From an uncultured Verrucomicrobiae bacterium (lineage in GTDB: Bacteria > Verrucomicrobiota > Verrucomicrobiia > Chthoniobacterales > JAFAMB01): DNA of 64,000 nucleotides. The translations under genes were made by a program, and so were the position numbers. Location: positions 64,001 to 128,000 of the forward strand of contig CAVXLD010000013.1 of NCBI GenBank assembly GCA_963762565.1, given 5' to 3'. The notes under the pieces are model-generated. The model was not told where the DNA came from. It searched no databases and saw nothing but the letters and a program-made list of their open reading frames with translations. This document shows positions 1 to 8,441 of this stretch, piece by piece (position 1 is the first letter of the stretch; every line of letters begins with the position of its first letter).

Positions 1-1
1 C

Positions 2-1363
2 TATGGCGGCCATGGAAGCGAGACGCTTGGGGCGGCTCTCGGAAGCCCGCTCTCCTCCTATCGCTGCGAGAACAAAAAGGCGGACGGTTTCGCGGTGTAC
101 ACCAACGTTCTTCCTGGGGGCGGGTTTCGCGGCTATGGCGCTTCGCAAACCACTTTCGCGATCGAATGCGCGATCGACGAACTGGGCGAACTGCTCGGCA
201 TGGACCCGTTTGCGATTCGTCGTCACAATATGATCCGGCCCACCGATTGGATCGAGTCGGTCTGGAAAGATCCGAGTGACGTCGGTTTTGGCAGCTACGG
301 CCTCGATCAATGTCTCGACCTGGTCGAAACGGCCCTGGCCTCGGGTCGGGGTGATGCCAAACCCGATGGAGACGAGTGGGCCGTGGGCACCGGAGTCGCG
401 CTCGCCATGCTCGATTGCGGTCCGCCGACTGAACACCGGTCTGGCGCCGTCATGGTCCTTCTCCCCGATGGACGCTATCATCTTGCGGTGGGCACGACCG
501 AGATGGGCAATGGGTGCGTGACCTCGCACCGTCAGATGGCCGCCGAGGTGCTTGGTTCGCGCGCGGATAATATCGATATCATTAACGCGGATACCGATCT
601 GACGCCGTATGACACCGGAACCTTCGCCAGTACTGGAACGGTCGTCGCCGGCAAAGCGGTGGCGCTGACCGCCGAGGCGCTCAGGGACAATATTCTCGAA
701 TATGCCGGGCAACATACCGGGACTGACCCTTCGACGTGGCGGATCGAAGATTGCTTTGTGGTATCCGGCGCCAATCGGATTTCCCTAGTGGATCTGCACG
801 CCGCCGGTGTCCAGGATGGCCATCGTTTCGAAGCGAAGCGAAAGGCTTACCTGTCGCCGCGGACCACTGCATTCAACGTTCACGGGATTCGCCTCGCCGT
901 CCATACAGTTACCGGCGAAACCCGTATCCTCCATAGCGTCCACGCCGCTGATATCGGCAGGTTGATCAACCCAGTGCAGTGTCGCGGCCAGCTCGACGGC
1001 GCGATCGCCATGGGAATCGGTTGGGCGCTAACGGAAAACATGGTTCACAACGTAGAAGGCCGAATTGTGAACCCAGCTTTGCGCAATTATCGGATACCGG
1101 CCTTCGCCGATCTCCCGCGCAACGAGTTGTTCTTTGCTGATACCTACGACAAGATCGGACCGTTAGGAGCGAAATCGCAGGGCGAGTGTGCGATCAATCC
1201 TGTGGCTCCGGCGATCGCGAACGCGATTAAAAACGCGACCGGTGTACGCTGCACCAGTCTGCCTTTCACTGCGGCCCGCATCTTTTCACAGCTGATCAAC
1301 GGCGAGCCACCAGTCAAGAGAGTACAAATCGCCCAGGAACCCGTGCTAGTGGGATCCAAATGA
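2..1363 (+). CDS. Xanthine dehydrogenase/aldehyde oxidoreductase family molybdopterin-binding subunit, 5'-truncated by the window edge
   Basis: Frame is open from base 2 (YGGHGSETL...). Motifs GGFRGYG, EMGNG, GTFAST, GQLDGAIAMGIG and GPLGAKSQGE are typical of the XDH Mo subunit C-terminal half. Confidence 0.9.
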   Translation, partial: YGGHGSETLGAALGSPLSSYRCENKKADGFAVYTNVLPGGGFRGYGASQTTFAIECAIDELGELLGMDPFAIRRHNMIRPTDWIESVWKDPSDVGFGSYGLDQCLDLVETALASGRGDAKPDGDEWAVGTGVALAMLDCGPPTEHRSGAVMVLLPDGRYHLAVGTTEMGNGCVTSHRQMAAEVLGSRADNIDIINADTDLTPYDTGTFASTGTVVAGKAVALTAEALRDNILEYAGQHTGTDPSTWRIEDCFVVSGANRISLVDLHAAGVQDGHRFEAKRKAYLSPRTTAFNVHGIRLAVHTVTGETRILHSVHAADIGRLINPVQCRGQLDGAIAMGIGWALTENMVHNVEGRIVNPALRNYRIPAFADLPRNELFFADTYDKIGPLGAKSQGECAINPVAPAIANAIKNATGVRCTSLPFTAARIFSQLINGEPPVKRVQIAQEPVLVGSK

Positions 1364-2307
1364 GCGAGCCTGCGGTTCTCATTGCCAGCGCTAAACTTCG
1401 CCCCGGCGAAGACCGAGCTTTCTCCGCCTGGCAAGTGCGTCACAACGCCGCTATTGGCAAGTTTCCCGGTTTCATCAGCAGCGACGTGATGCCGCCCTCG
1501 CAGCCGGAGAGCAACGAATGGACGATCGTCCTGAATTTCCGTTCACAAGATGAACTCGCTGCCTGGCAACGCTCCAGCGAAAGAGCCGAACTTGTCGGCG
1601 ACGCCATTCCTTTGCTCGAGGGAGGTAGCCTCGGTGAAGTGGCGCCACTGGACCGTCCGGGAGAGTCACCCGGTCAAAATGTTACCGAAGTGATTTTCTC
1701 GAAGATCAAACCCGGGATGGACGACACTTATCGAGAATGGGCGGTGAGAATTCAGGCAGCGCAGGCAAAATACTCCGGCTATGGCGGAATGTATCTTCAG
1801 CCCCCCGCTGAAAAAGACGGTCCCTGGACCACGATCATCCGATTCGACACTGCCGAGCATCTCGAAGCCTGGATGGAGGCCCCGGAACGTAAGGAGTTAC
1901 TGGCGGAATCCAAGGCCTTCATCGACCAAGAGCAGCTCATGCGTCTGGCCACATCGTTCCCCGGCTGGGTGCCAATCAATCCGGTGACCGGCAAAGGACC
2001 GCCAAACTGGAAGACCGCGCTTCTGGTTGTTCTGGGACTGTTTCCGATTGTGATGCTCGAGATGCGTTTCCTGAGCCCGATTCTTGCCTGGATGGGTCTG
2101 CACGCCTCATTGGCTACCTTGATCGGAAACATCATTAGCGTGGCCGGAACGACTTTCTTGACGATGCCCCTTTGTATCCGCTGGTTTGGCTGGTGGCTTT
2201 TCACAGAAGAAAAGACGCCGTCCTGGATTACACCAGTCGGCCTCGGATTCCTGGCAGCCCTCTTTGCTGTCGAGGTCGGCGCGCTTTGGTATCTGCTGCC
2301 CTGGTGA
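1360..2307 (+). CDS. Membrane protein with two antibiotic-biosynthesis-monooxygenase (ABM)-like domains
   Basis: Two repeated units (FPGFISS...FRSQDELAAWQRSSER; YSGYGG...FDTAEHLEAWMEAPER), then PPNWKTALLV and three hydrophobic helices. Start overlaps the upstream stop (ATGA). Confidence 0.8.
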   Translation: MSEPAVLIASAKLRPGEDRAFSAWQVRHNAAIGKFPGFISSDVMPPSQPESNEWTIVLNFRSQDELAAWQRSSERAELVGDAIPLLEGGSLGEVAPLDRPGESPGQNVTEVIFSKIKPGMDDTYREWAVRIQAAQAKYSGYGGMYLQPPAEKDGPWTTIIRFDTAEHLEAWMEAPERKELLAESKAFIDQEQLMRLATSFPGWVPINPVTGKGPPNWKTALLVVLGLFPIVMLEMRFLSPILAWMGLHASLATLIGNIISVAGTTFLTMPLCIRWFGWWLFTEEKTPSWITPVGLGFLAALFAVEVGALWYLLPW

Positions 2308-2313
2308 GAATCA

Positions 2314-3819
2314 ATGACCTTCGATCTCGCAACCCGGCACGACCGGTCTTTCCCGTTTGGCGTTTGGCGTTCGGTGTTTGGCGTTCGGCGGGAGCGGGGA
2401 ACTGTTAGAGCCGGTGGTTGCTTTTGGGTCACTATCCTTCCCCGGCGCGCGTGCTTTGTTGGTTGCTTTGCAACCTTGCTCCTGTGGATAGCTTCCTTTC
2501 TGCCGTCTGCTCGCGGCGCCGAAGCGCCAACGGAACCAGCGGTTTCGGCTTCCGACCAACTGGCCGGCAGACCTCCCGATTCGATTACCGGCAACCCGGC
2601 AGCCGAGAACGAACTTCCCGGTACCGGTCTGGCGGGGCGCTTGCTGCAGTTGCCGGAGGACACCGGACTGCGCCTCGGTGGTCTCTGGTTAGTGGATACT
2701 AACGGGCTGCTCTCGGGCGGTGCTCAGCCCGGGAAATGGAGCTGGAATAGTGCGCTCATCATTGGTGCGAACCTTGACGCCCAAAAGCTCTTAAACTGGC
2801 AAGGCGCATCCTTCGGCATTCAGTTTCTTCAGTTCGACGGGCAGAACACCAACGGCCAGGCTGGTAGCGTGCAAGGCTATAACAGCCTGCCTGGAGCCAA
2901 ACCACTTGATCGGTCCGAGCTTTACCAGCTTTGGTACCGGCAAACTCTGTTTGATGATAAGATTATCTTCCGAATCGGAAAGATAATTCCCTCGTACGAC
3001 TTCAACAACGTGGCGCGCCCGGTTCCCACTCAGGACGAGGCTTTGAGGATTCCGGCAGTGACCGGGCTGCTCTACACTCCGGTTTTCGTCAATCCAACCC
3101 TGCTCGGAGCGATCGGCGGCTATTATAACTCGGTTTACGGGATCACCCTGACGTTAGCTCCAACAAAAAACAGCTACGTTAACTACGGTGTCTACGATGG
3201 GAATATCGCTAATGGCGTGCAGACTGGCCTGACAGGTGCGCATTTCAATGGCTATTATTTCAATATCCTTGAAGCAGGCGTGGACTGGGTCGCCGGGGGA
3301 AAATACCCAGGGGAATTTGGCGCGGGATTATGGTATCAGACCGGCGTTTTGCAAGGCCCGCGGGGGATCTCCCAAAATGGTACCGGCGGATTCTACCTGT
3401 TCGGCGGCCAACGCATCTGGGGGCGCTCGGCGGGGAACCCGGCCCCGGCTGGCAAGGAAGAAATTGTTGTTCCGGCGCGCGAGCTGGAACAGAAGGCCTC
3501 TATTTCGACCTTCGTACAATTCGGTATCAACGATTCTGAAACCCTGCGGGTGAAGGAATATCTCGGTCTGGGTCTTACTGGGTTCGGCCTCGTGCCGCAT
3601 CGGCCCGGCGATTCTATCGGCGTCGGCATGGCCTGGTCATGGCTGAACCCGAATCTCGGCTACCGCTCAAGCGAACTGATGTTCCAGGGATACTACCAGA
3701 CGCGGATCGCCGAAGGAATCTATCTTCAACCTACTCTAACCTACATCCCGACACCCGGCGCATCGCCTAAGTATGACGGCGCTTGGGCTACCTCCTTGCG
3801 CTTGACTGTGCTCTTTTAA
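2314..3819 (+). CDS. Carbohydrate-selective porin, OprB family (start uncertain)
   Basis: ELYQLWYRQ, FRIGK, RPGDSIGVG, YLQPTLTYI..PG and a terminal Phe typical of outer-membrane beta-barrels. Signal-like segment ends ...PSARG. Confidence 0.85.
   Translation: MTFDLATRHDRSFPFGVWRSVFGVRRERGTVRAGGCFWVTILPRRACFVGCFATLLLWIASFLPSARGAEAPTEPAVSASDQLAGRPPDSITGNPAAENELPGTGLAGRLLQLPEDTGLRLGGLWLVDTNGLLSGGAQPGKWSWNSALIIGANLDAQKLLNWQGASFGIQFLQFDGQNTNGQAGSVQGYNSLPGAKPLDRSELYQLWYRQTLFDDKIIFRIGKIIPSYDFNNVARPVPTQDEALRIPAVTGLLYTPVFVNPTLLGAIGGYYNSVYGITLTLAPTKNSYVNYGVYDGNIANGVQTGLTGAHFNGYYFNILEAGVDWVAGGKYPGEFGAGLWYQTGVLQGPRGISQNGTGGFYLFGGQRIWGRSAGNPAPAGKEEIVVPARELEQKASISTFVQFGINDSETLRVKEYLGLGLTGFGLVPHRPGDSIGVGMAWSWLNPNLGYRSSELMFQGYYQTRIAEGIYLQPTLTYIPTPGASPKYDGAWATSLRLTVLF
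2354..2388 (+). repeat. Five tandem heptamers CGTT(T/C)GG inside the 5' end of the oprB ORF
   Basis: cgtttgg cgtttgg cgttcgg tgtttgg cgttcgg; reverse complement of the unit in the 58252-58343 array. Confidence 0.85.
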
Positions 3820-3880
3820 CTAACCTACCTCGATTCTGTTTATCGCCTCTCGCTTCAGAGTTGAATCAACCTGAGTTCGG

Positions 3881-4190
3881 CTAATCGGCTTGAGAGTGGG
3901 AAGCGAGCACGACCGCTTCAACATCGGTCAGCCAGACCGTGGGCTCTTTTTTTAAGGCTTCCAGAGTTCTTCTTAAGGCCGCCGCACCATCGGGTGTGCC
4001 CATGACAAAGGGGTGAATGCCGATGGCCACCACTGTCGCTTTACCGTCAGGATTTTTCCCTGCCTCTCCAGCCAGCTCGCCCACGTAGTCGATCCAGAGT
4101 CGCGCCATGTCTTCCGGCTGGTGATTGCGTCCGAGAAACTGGCCCATATCGACGGTGACTGTGGGGTAGGGAACCAAATCGAGCGGTTCA
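3881..4190 (-). pseudogene. C-terminal remnant of a polysaccharide deacetylase (PuuE/NodB-like)
   Basis: VPYP..VD...VAIGIHPFVMGTP....LRRTLE.L.....VWLT resembles the NodB/PuuE C-terminus; no N-terminal part upstream. Confidence 0.55.
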
Positions 4191-4467
4191 AATGTTAGCG
4201 GTAGCTGACTTAGGGTTCCTCCTCGATGGCAATGATCGCTTGATGGATTATGAACTTCTCGGTTTTGGAGGACGCGCCGCCATCGAGTCTGAAATGGCGA
4301 AGGTAGGCCAGAAGGCAATTCTCCCGCCACTGGTCCCGTTCAACAGCACGGAATGGCCTTGGAAAACCGATCCCAGCCAAGGCACTGGCCCCAATTCCTT
4401 CGATGACCTGCATAAAGCGGGTCTGCTTTAGTGTCCTGTCCCATAAATAGCGTGGCTTTTCTATCGA

Positions 4468-4968
4468 ATGAAAATGAGGTCATTTATTTCTTGTCTCGGC
4501 GCGGTCTTCATTTGTATTCCCGCCTTCGCCATTGCGCAGCAGAGCCAGCAACCTTCGCTTTCCAGCGCAGAGGTTGATTCCATTGTGCGCAAATTCCAGT
4601 CGGCCTACGCTGATACCTTTGATCGCCGAGACGCTAAGGGTATGGCGGCTCTTTTCACCGACGACGCCACGTTCCAGAACGAGGGAGATGTTACTCAAGG
4701 CCGGGCCACAATTGAGGCAAATCTGATGGGTTTAATGGCCAAACTGCCACCTGGGACCAAACTCGAAGATAGGGCGACTTCTTCCCGGGTTATTGCTCCG
4801 GATGTTATCACCTGCCACGGCATCTCGCATCGAATCGCCTCGAACGGGATTTCCACGGAAATGTACTTTGTGCGGGTGCTGGTGCGACAGGGTGATCGCT
4901 GGCTGTTGGCCGCGACGCAAATTGCGCGCCCATCCACACTTCCTAAATCTTCCCCGCAGCCCAAGTGA
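4468..4968 (+). CDS. Exported NTF2-like/SnoaL (SgcJ/EcaC, DUF4440-like) protein
   Basis: Signal peptide ...PAFAIA; FDRRDAKGMAALFTDDATF...GRATI; VLVRQGDRWLL. Confidence 0.8.
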   Translation: MKMRSFISCLGAVFICIPAFAIAQQSQQPSLSSAEVDSIVRKFQSAYADTFDRRDAKGMAALFTDDATFQNEGDVTQGRATIEANLMGLMAKLPPGTKLEDRATSSRVIAPDVITCHGISHRIASNGISTEMYFVRVLVRQGDRWLLAATQIARPSTLPKSSPQPK

Positions 4969-6767
4969 CCTCATCTCGTCGTCTCGTCAGAGGTTACGAT
5001 AGAGTTTTAGTTGCGGCCGCTTTATCCGTGACGTTCGGGGTAACCGGCTTCGCAGCAACTTCAAGCGGGGACGATGCGGGCGGGCCAACACTCCCTCACT
5101 CCGCGCGGCCGGATTCGAGGACGAGGACGAGAACGAAGGACCCTGTGACGGCTGGGCCAATCGGGATACTCGGCATCCCGGAAGAAACCGCCCAGCTGCT
5201 AGCCTCGCTCAAAAATCCTGAAGAGCGCAGCTGGGGTGGCATACGCGTCATCCTGGGTAGACTGGCAAATCAACCAGTCGTTCTGTGCCAAGTTGGTTTT
5301 GGCAAAGTAAATGCGGGCATGGCCGCGGCATTGTTGATTCAAAAATTTTCACCGAGCGCTATTATTTTCACCGGCAACGCAGGCGCTCTAAACCCAGATT
5401 ACATCCAAGGTGACGTAGTCGTGGCGACCGATCTCGCGGAATATGATTTTGGAAAACTGTCGAACGGGTCTTTTGACCCCTGGCAAACCCGCAATCCGAT
5501 CAGTCGCATCAATAACCCGCTGTGGTTTCACCCCGCATCATGGTTGCTTTCCGCAGCCCGAAAATCTGTGCCGTCAGTCCACCTCATACGGGCAGATACT
5601 CGGCCAGACGTCCGTGATCCAAAAATTAGCGAAGGAGCAATTATTACTGGCGATACCTTCGTCAGTGACGCCTCCAAGGGACAAGAACTGCGGACTCACT
5701 TCAACGCCGATGGTGTTGAGATGGAGGGAGCGGCGGTCGCCCAAATCTGCTCCCAATATGGAACTCCATTGTTGGTTATTCGCAGCGTTACCGATCGCGC
5801 TGACGGCTCCTCGTACGCGGACTATCACAGTTTCGTTCGGATCGCTGCTCAGAATTCTTCTGCGTTCGTAATCGCCATACTCAACCAATTGCAGAGCCAA
5901 GGAGCTTTTCCTACTAACAATCCGAGAGAGGTAGACCACTGGTTACTTGCTTTCGAGTTAGCTTTTTCTGAAGGCTCTCCGTACGCCGTGGAATTCGGAG
6001 ATCTACACACCCTGCCTTACACCGTAAACGAGCAGATTTCGACTGTCGTTCTTCAAAAGGTCATTGCCATTTCGTTAGATGAACTGGCTGCGGCGAAAAT
6101 CGGATTTCACATCATGCCTGGAGCTTACCGGCACGATCCAATTGTCCCTTCGGGCCAACTAGAGATCGCCACTGACGAAGTCCGAGCGCGGGCTACATTA
6201 GATGTAATAGGGTATCTAGCTCAGCAAGGGCTCGTGATTGGCTCAAGCAAGGGCTCGGCAGGTAGTAGAATGGGCTTGGAAATTCTGGGTCCTAACGGCG
6301 ACCTATTAAAGGATGGAGCTCGACTTTCTGAGCTGTGGAATGCATTCTTAGGGGCTGAACCGAAGCTCCTCACCGGCTTCTCTGGCATCCGCGAGGGCGA
6401 CCAAGCGGGTATTCTGATAATTGATACGGGCGGAGCTTGGTTGGCTCGCCACGCATCTGATCTGTTAGTGAAATTCCCTGAGCTGGGCTCGACGTTACCC
6501 GTTAGCCTTTCGGGAACCCTATCCTTTTTCAGCTATATTGAAGCGGAGAACGATTGGACGAATCGTGCAGATGGCGCCGACTATATTGACGACCTGGTTT
6601 GGCTTGGCTTCAAAAAGGTGGCCCAAGACATTCCCAGGCACAAACGAGCGATCGAACAGACTATTCGCGATGCCATTGCCGAGTTTGCTCCCCTATTAAA
6701 GGGGAGATCGACGGGTACACCGGAACCGCTTTTCAGGCGTCAAGAATATCCAAATCTAAGCGAGTAG
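4965..6767 (+). CDS. mtnN: Putatively exported 5'-methylthioadenosine/S-adenosylhomocysteine nucleosidase fused to a ~280-aa unknown C-terminal domain
   Basis: GFGKVNA, IIFTGNAGAL, GDVVVA, ITGDTFV, VEMEGAAVAQIC, IRSVTDRADG (PNP_UDP_1/MtnN motifs); N-terminal signal-like segment; GTGA overlap with the upstream gene. Confidence 0.8.
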   Translation: MTSSRRLVRGYDRVLVAAALSVTFGVTGFAATSSGDDAGGPTLPHSARPDSRTRTRTKDPVTAGPIGILGIPEETAQLLASLKNPEERSWGGIRVILGRLANQPVVLCQVGFGKVNAGMAAALLIQKFSPSAIIFTGNAGALNPDYIQGDVVVATDLAEYDFGKLSNGSFDPWQTRNPISRINNPLWFHPASWLLSAARKSVPSVHLIRADTRPDVRDPKISEGAIITGDTFVSDASKGQELRTHFNADGVEMEGAAVAQICSQYGTPLLVIRSVTDRADGSSYADYHSFVRIAAQNSSAFVIAILNQLQSQGAFPTNNPREVDHWLLAFELAFSEGSPYAVEFGDLHTLPYTVNEQISTVVLQKVIAISLDELAAAKIGFHIMPGAYRHDPIVPSGQLEIATDEVRARATLDVIGYLAQQGLVIGSSKGSAGSRMGLEILGPNGDLLKDGARLSELWNAFLGAEPKLLTGFSGIREGDQAGILIIDTGGAWLARHASDLLVKFPELGSTLPVSLSGTLSFFSYIEAENDWTNRADGADYIDDLVWLGFKKVAQDIPRHKRAIEQTIRDAIAEFAPLLKGRSTGTPEPLFRRQEYPNLSE

Positions 6768-6784
6768 ATTTCTGCCAACAGAAG

Positions 6785-6888
6785 CACAAACGCCTCTAAG
6801 TCCCTGGCGGTGATCAACCTGATCGATATCTGCGTAAATCTGCGTTCATTTCACCCCGGAGAATTTCGGGGCTGCGGTTGAGGTTTTT
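6785..6888 (-). mobile_element. Partial copy of the ATCTGCG-decamer dispersed element, carrying a 22-nt hairpin insert
   Basis: Reverse complement is near-identical to 37279-37362 (gatttacgcagatatcgatcaggttgatcaccgccaggga.ttagaggcgtttgtg), plus an insert at 6850-6871. Confidence 0.8.
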
Positions 6889-7102
6889 CGTTGTAACATG
6901 CGGCTGTTCACACGCAAGAGCGTAGCTAGTCAATGCGGTTGCACCGCGGTCGGCGCTGTTCACCACGGCATCGCAAGCGTCATTTCGGGGGAAGGTTTCT
7001 AGCAATCGGCAAGTGGCTAGTCTATTGGAATTTCTGACGCAAACGGCAGAGTTAGAAAGTCGATTGAGATCACACAAAACCTGTGTCGCAATAAAGCAAA
7101 CG

Positions 7103-7522
7103 CTATTGATCGGCCCTGATGAAACTTTCGGGCGTGCCGTCCTCCGGATTGACAAAGACAATGTCCTTCGGATCGCGGCGCGGCGTGTCGATGGCAAGGA
7201 AGACAACCGGCTCTTCCAGGATCTTCGGCTGCGCATGTACTGTTCCGCGTTTGAAAAAGAGCAGCTCGCCCGGGCCGAACTCAGCGCTGGTGCTTTCATC
7301 TTCCATCCAGAATGTGCCTCGGCCGGAGAACACGTAGAGGTATTCGTCACAGGTTGCGTGATAGTGCGGAGGGGTCGGCTTATACACGCGGAAGAGGCGT
7401 GCGCTGGCCGCCTCCCGATTAGTGAGGTAATGATCCACGAGCAGCGTGGTAGCAGTCTCAGGCAAGGCGGCCGCGATTTTGGCGACGTCGAATCGGCCTG
7501 CGTTAATGTTAGTTTGGTTCAT
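7103..7522 (-). CDS. Cupin domain protein
   Basis: HYHATCDEYLYVFSGRG...GELLFFKRGTVH cupin motifs 1 and 2. Confidence 0.85.
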   Translation of the reverse strand: MNQTNINAGRFDVAKIAAALPETATTLLVDHYLTNREAASARLFRVYKPTPPHYHATCDEYLYVFSGRGTFWMEDESTSAEFGPGELLFFKRGTVHAQPKILEEPVVFLAIDTPRRDPKDIVFVNPEDGTPESFIRADQ

Positions 7523-8372
7523 TTTCGTTTTGGTTAGACCAGGTAGTCGGCGTTTCTTTTTTGCTCAACGCCCGACGCAATTTCATCAAAGCGATATTTT
7601 GAACCTGGCGGATTCGCTCCCGCGTCACTCCAAGCTTTTTACCGACTTCTTCGAGGGTCCTCGGTCGGGCACCGTCCAATCCGTATCGCTGAAAGATGAT
7701 GGTGCGCTCGCGCGGGTCGAGGATGGCCAGGAGCTCAGGCAGTTCATCGCGCAGGTTTCTGTCTCTGAGAAATTCGAACGGGGTTCGCGCATCTTCATCC
7801 CCAACCAGGTCACCAAATTCCGTCGAATCATCCTCGTTGATAGGAGCGTTCAATGAAGCGGGCCGAATTGAGGCCGTTTTTAATTGCGAGACGCTCCGGG
7901 GAGAAAGACCAACCTCTTCCGCCAATTCGTCATCAGTCGGTTCACGGCCGAGTTCTTCACTCATCTGTGAGGCAACCCGATTCATTTTTGAAATCTTGTC
8001 TACCAAATGAACCGGAAGCCGAATAGTTTTACTCTGATTGGCCAAAGCCCGCTTGATCGATTGTTTGATCCACCAGGCCGCGTACGTACTCAGCTTTCCG
8101 CCCTTGGCTGGATCGAAGCGTTCGACTGCTTTCATCAATCCGATGTTGCCTTCCGATACTAGGTCCAACACCGGCAAAACTAAGTTCTTGTAATCGTGAG
8201 CAATCTTAACGACCAAACGGAGATTTGCCTTGATCATCAGCGCTCGCGCTTCCCGGTCGCCCTTCTTAATGCGCGCGGCCAGATCAATCTCCTCTTGCTG
8301 GGTTAGCAGCCGGATCTTTCCGATCTCGCGCAGATAAACTTTAATAGCAAGATCTGAATCTTCATTCGCCAT
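7509..8372 (-). CDS. RNA polymerase sigma-70 factor, short RpoD/RpoS-like (regions 1.2-4)
   Basis: YLREIG, ANLRLVVKIA, EGNIGLMKAVERFDP, STYAAWWIKQ, IRLPVH, TLEEVG..LGVTRERIRQ. Confidence 0.95.
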   Translation of the reverse strand: MANEDSDLAIKVYLREIGKIRLLTQQEEIDLAARIKKGDREARALMIKANLRLVVKIAHDYKNLVLPVLDLVSEGNIGLMKAVERFDPAKGGKLSTYAAWWIKQSIKRALANQSKTIRLPVHLVDKISKMNRVASQMSEELGREPTDDELAEEVGLSPRSVSQLKTASIRPASLNAPINEDDSTEFGDLVGDEDARTPFEFLRDRNLRDELPELLAILDPRERTIIFQRYGLDGARPRTLEEVGKKLGVTRERIRQVQNIALMKLRRALSKKETPTTWSNQNENEPN

Positions 8373-8441
8373 AGCGAGGCTCCGGTAGGCGCTGACGCCC
8401 TAAAAGAATTAAGTTTTTCATATCTGCTATTTGCTATTCTC

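Noticed and set aside
1797..2663. 288-aa minus-strand ORF
   Set aside because: Antisense shadow of the ABM and oprB genes.
6814..7537. ORFs 6814-7350 (-) and 7013-7537 (+)
   Set aside because: They overlap the motif-supported cupin gene and have no recognisable motifs.
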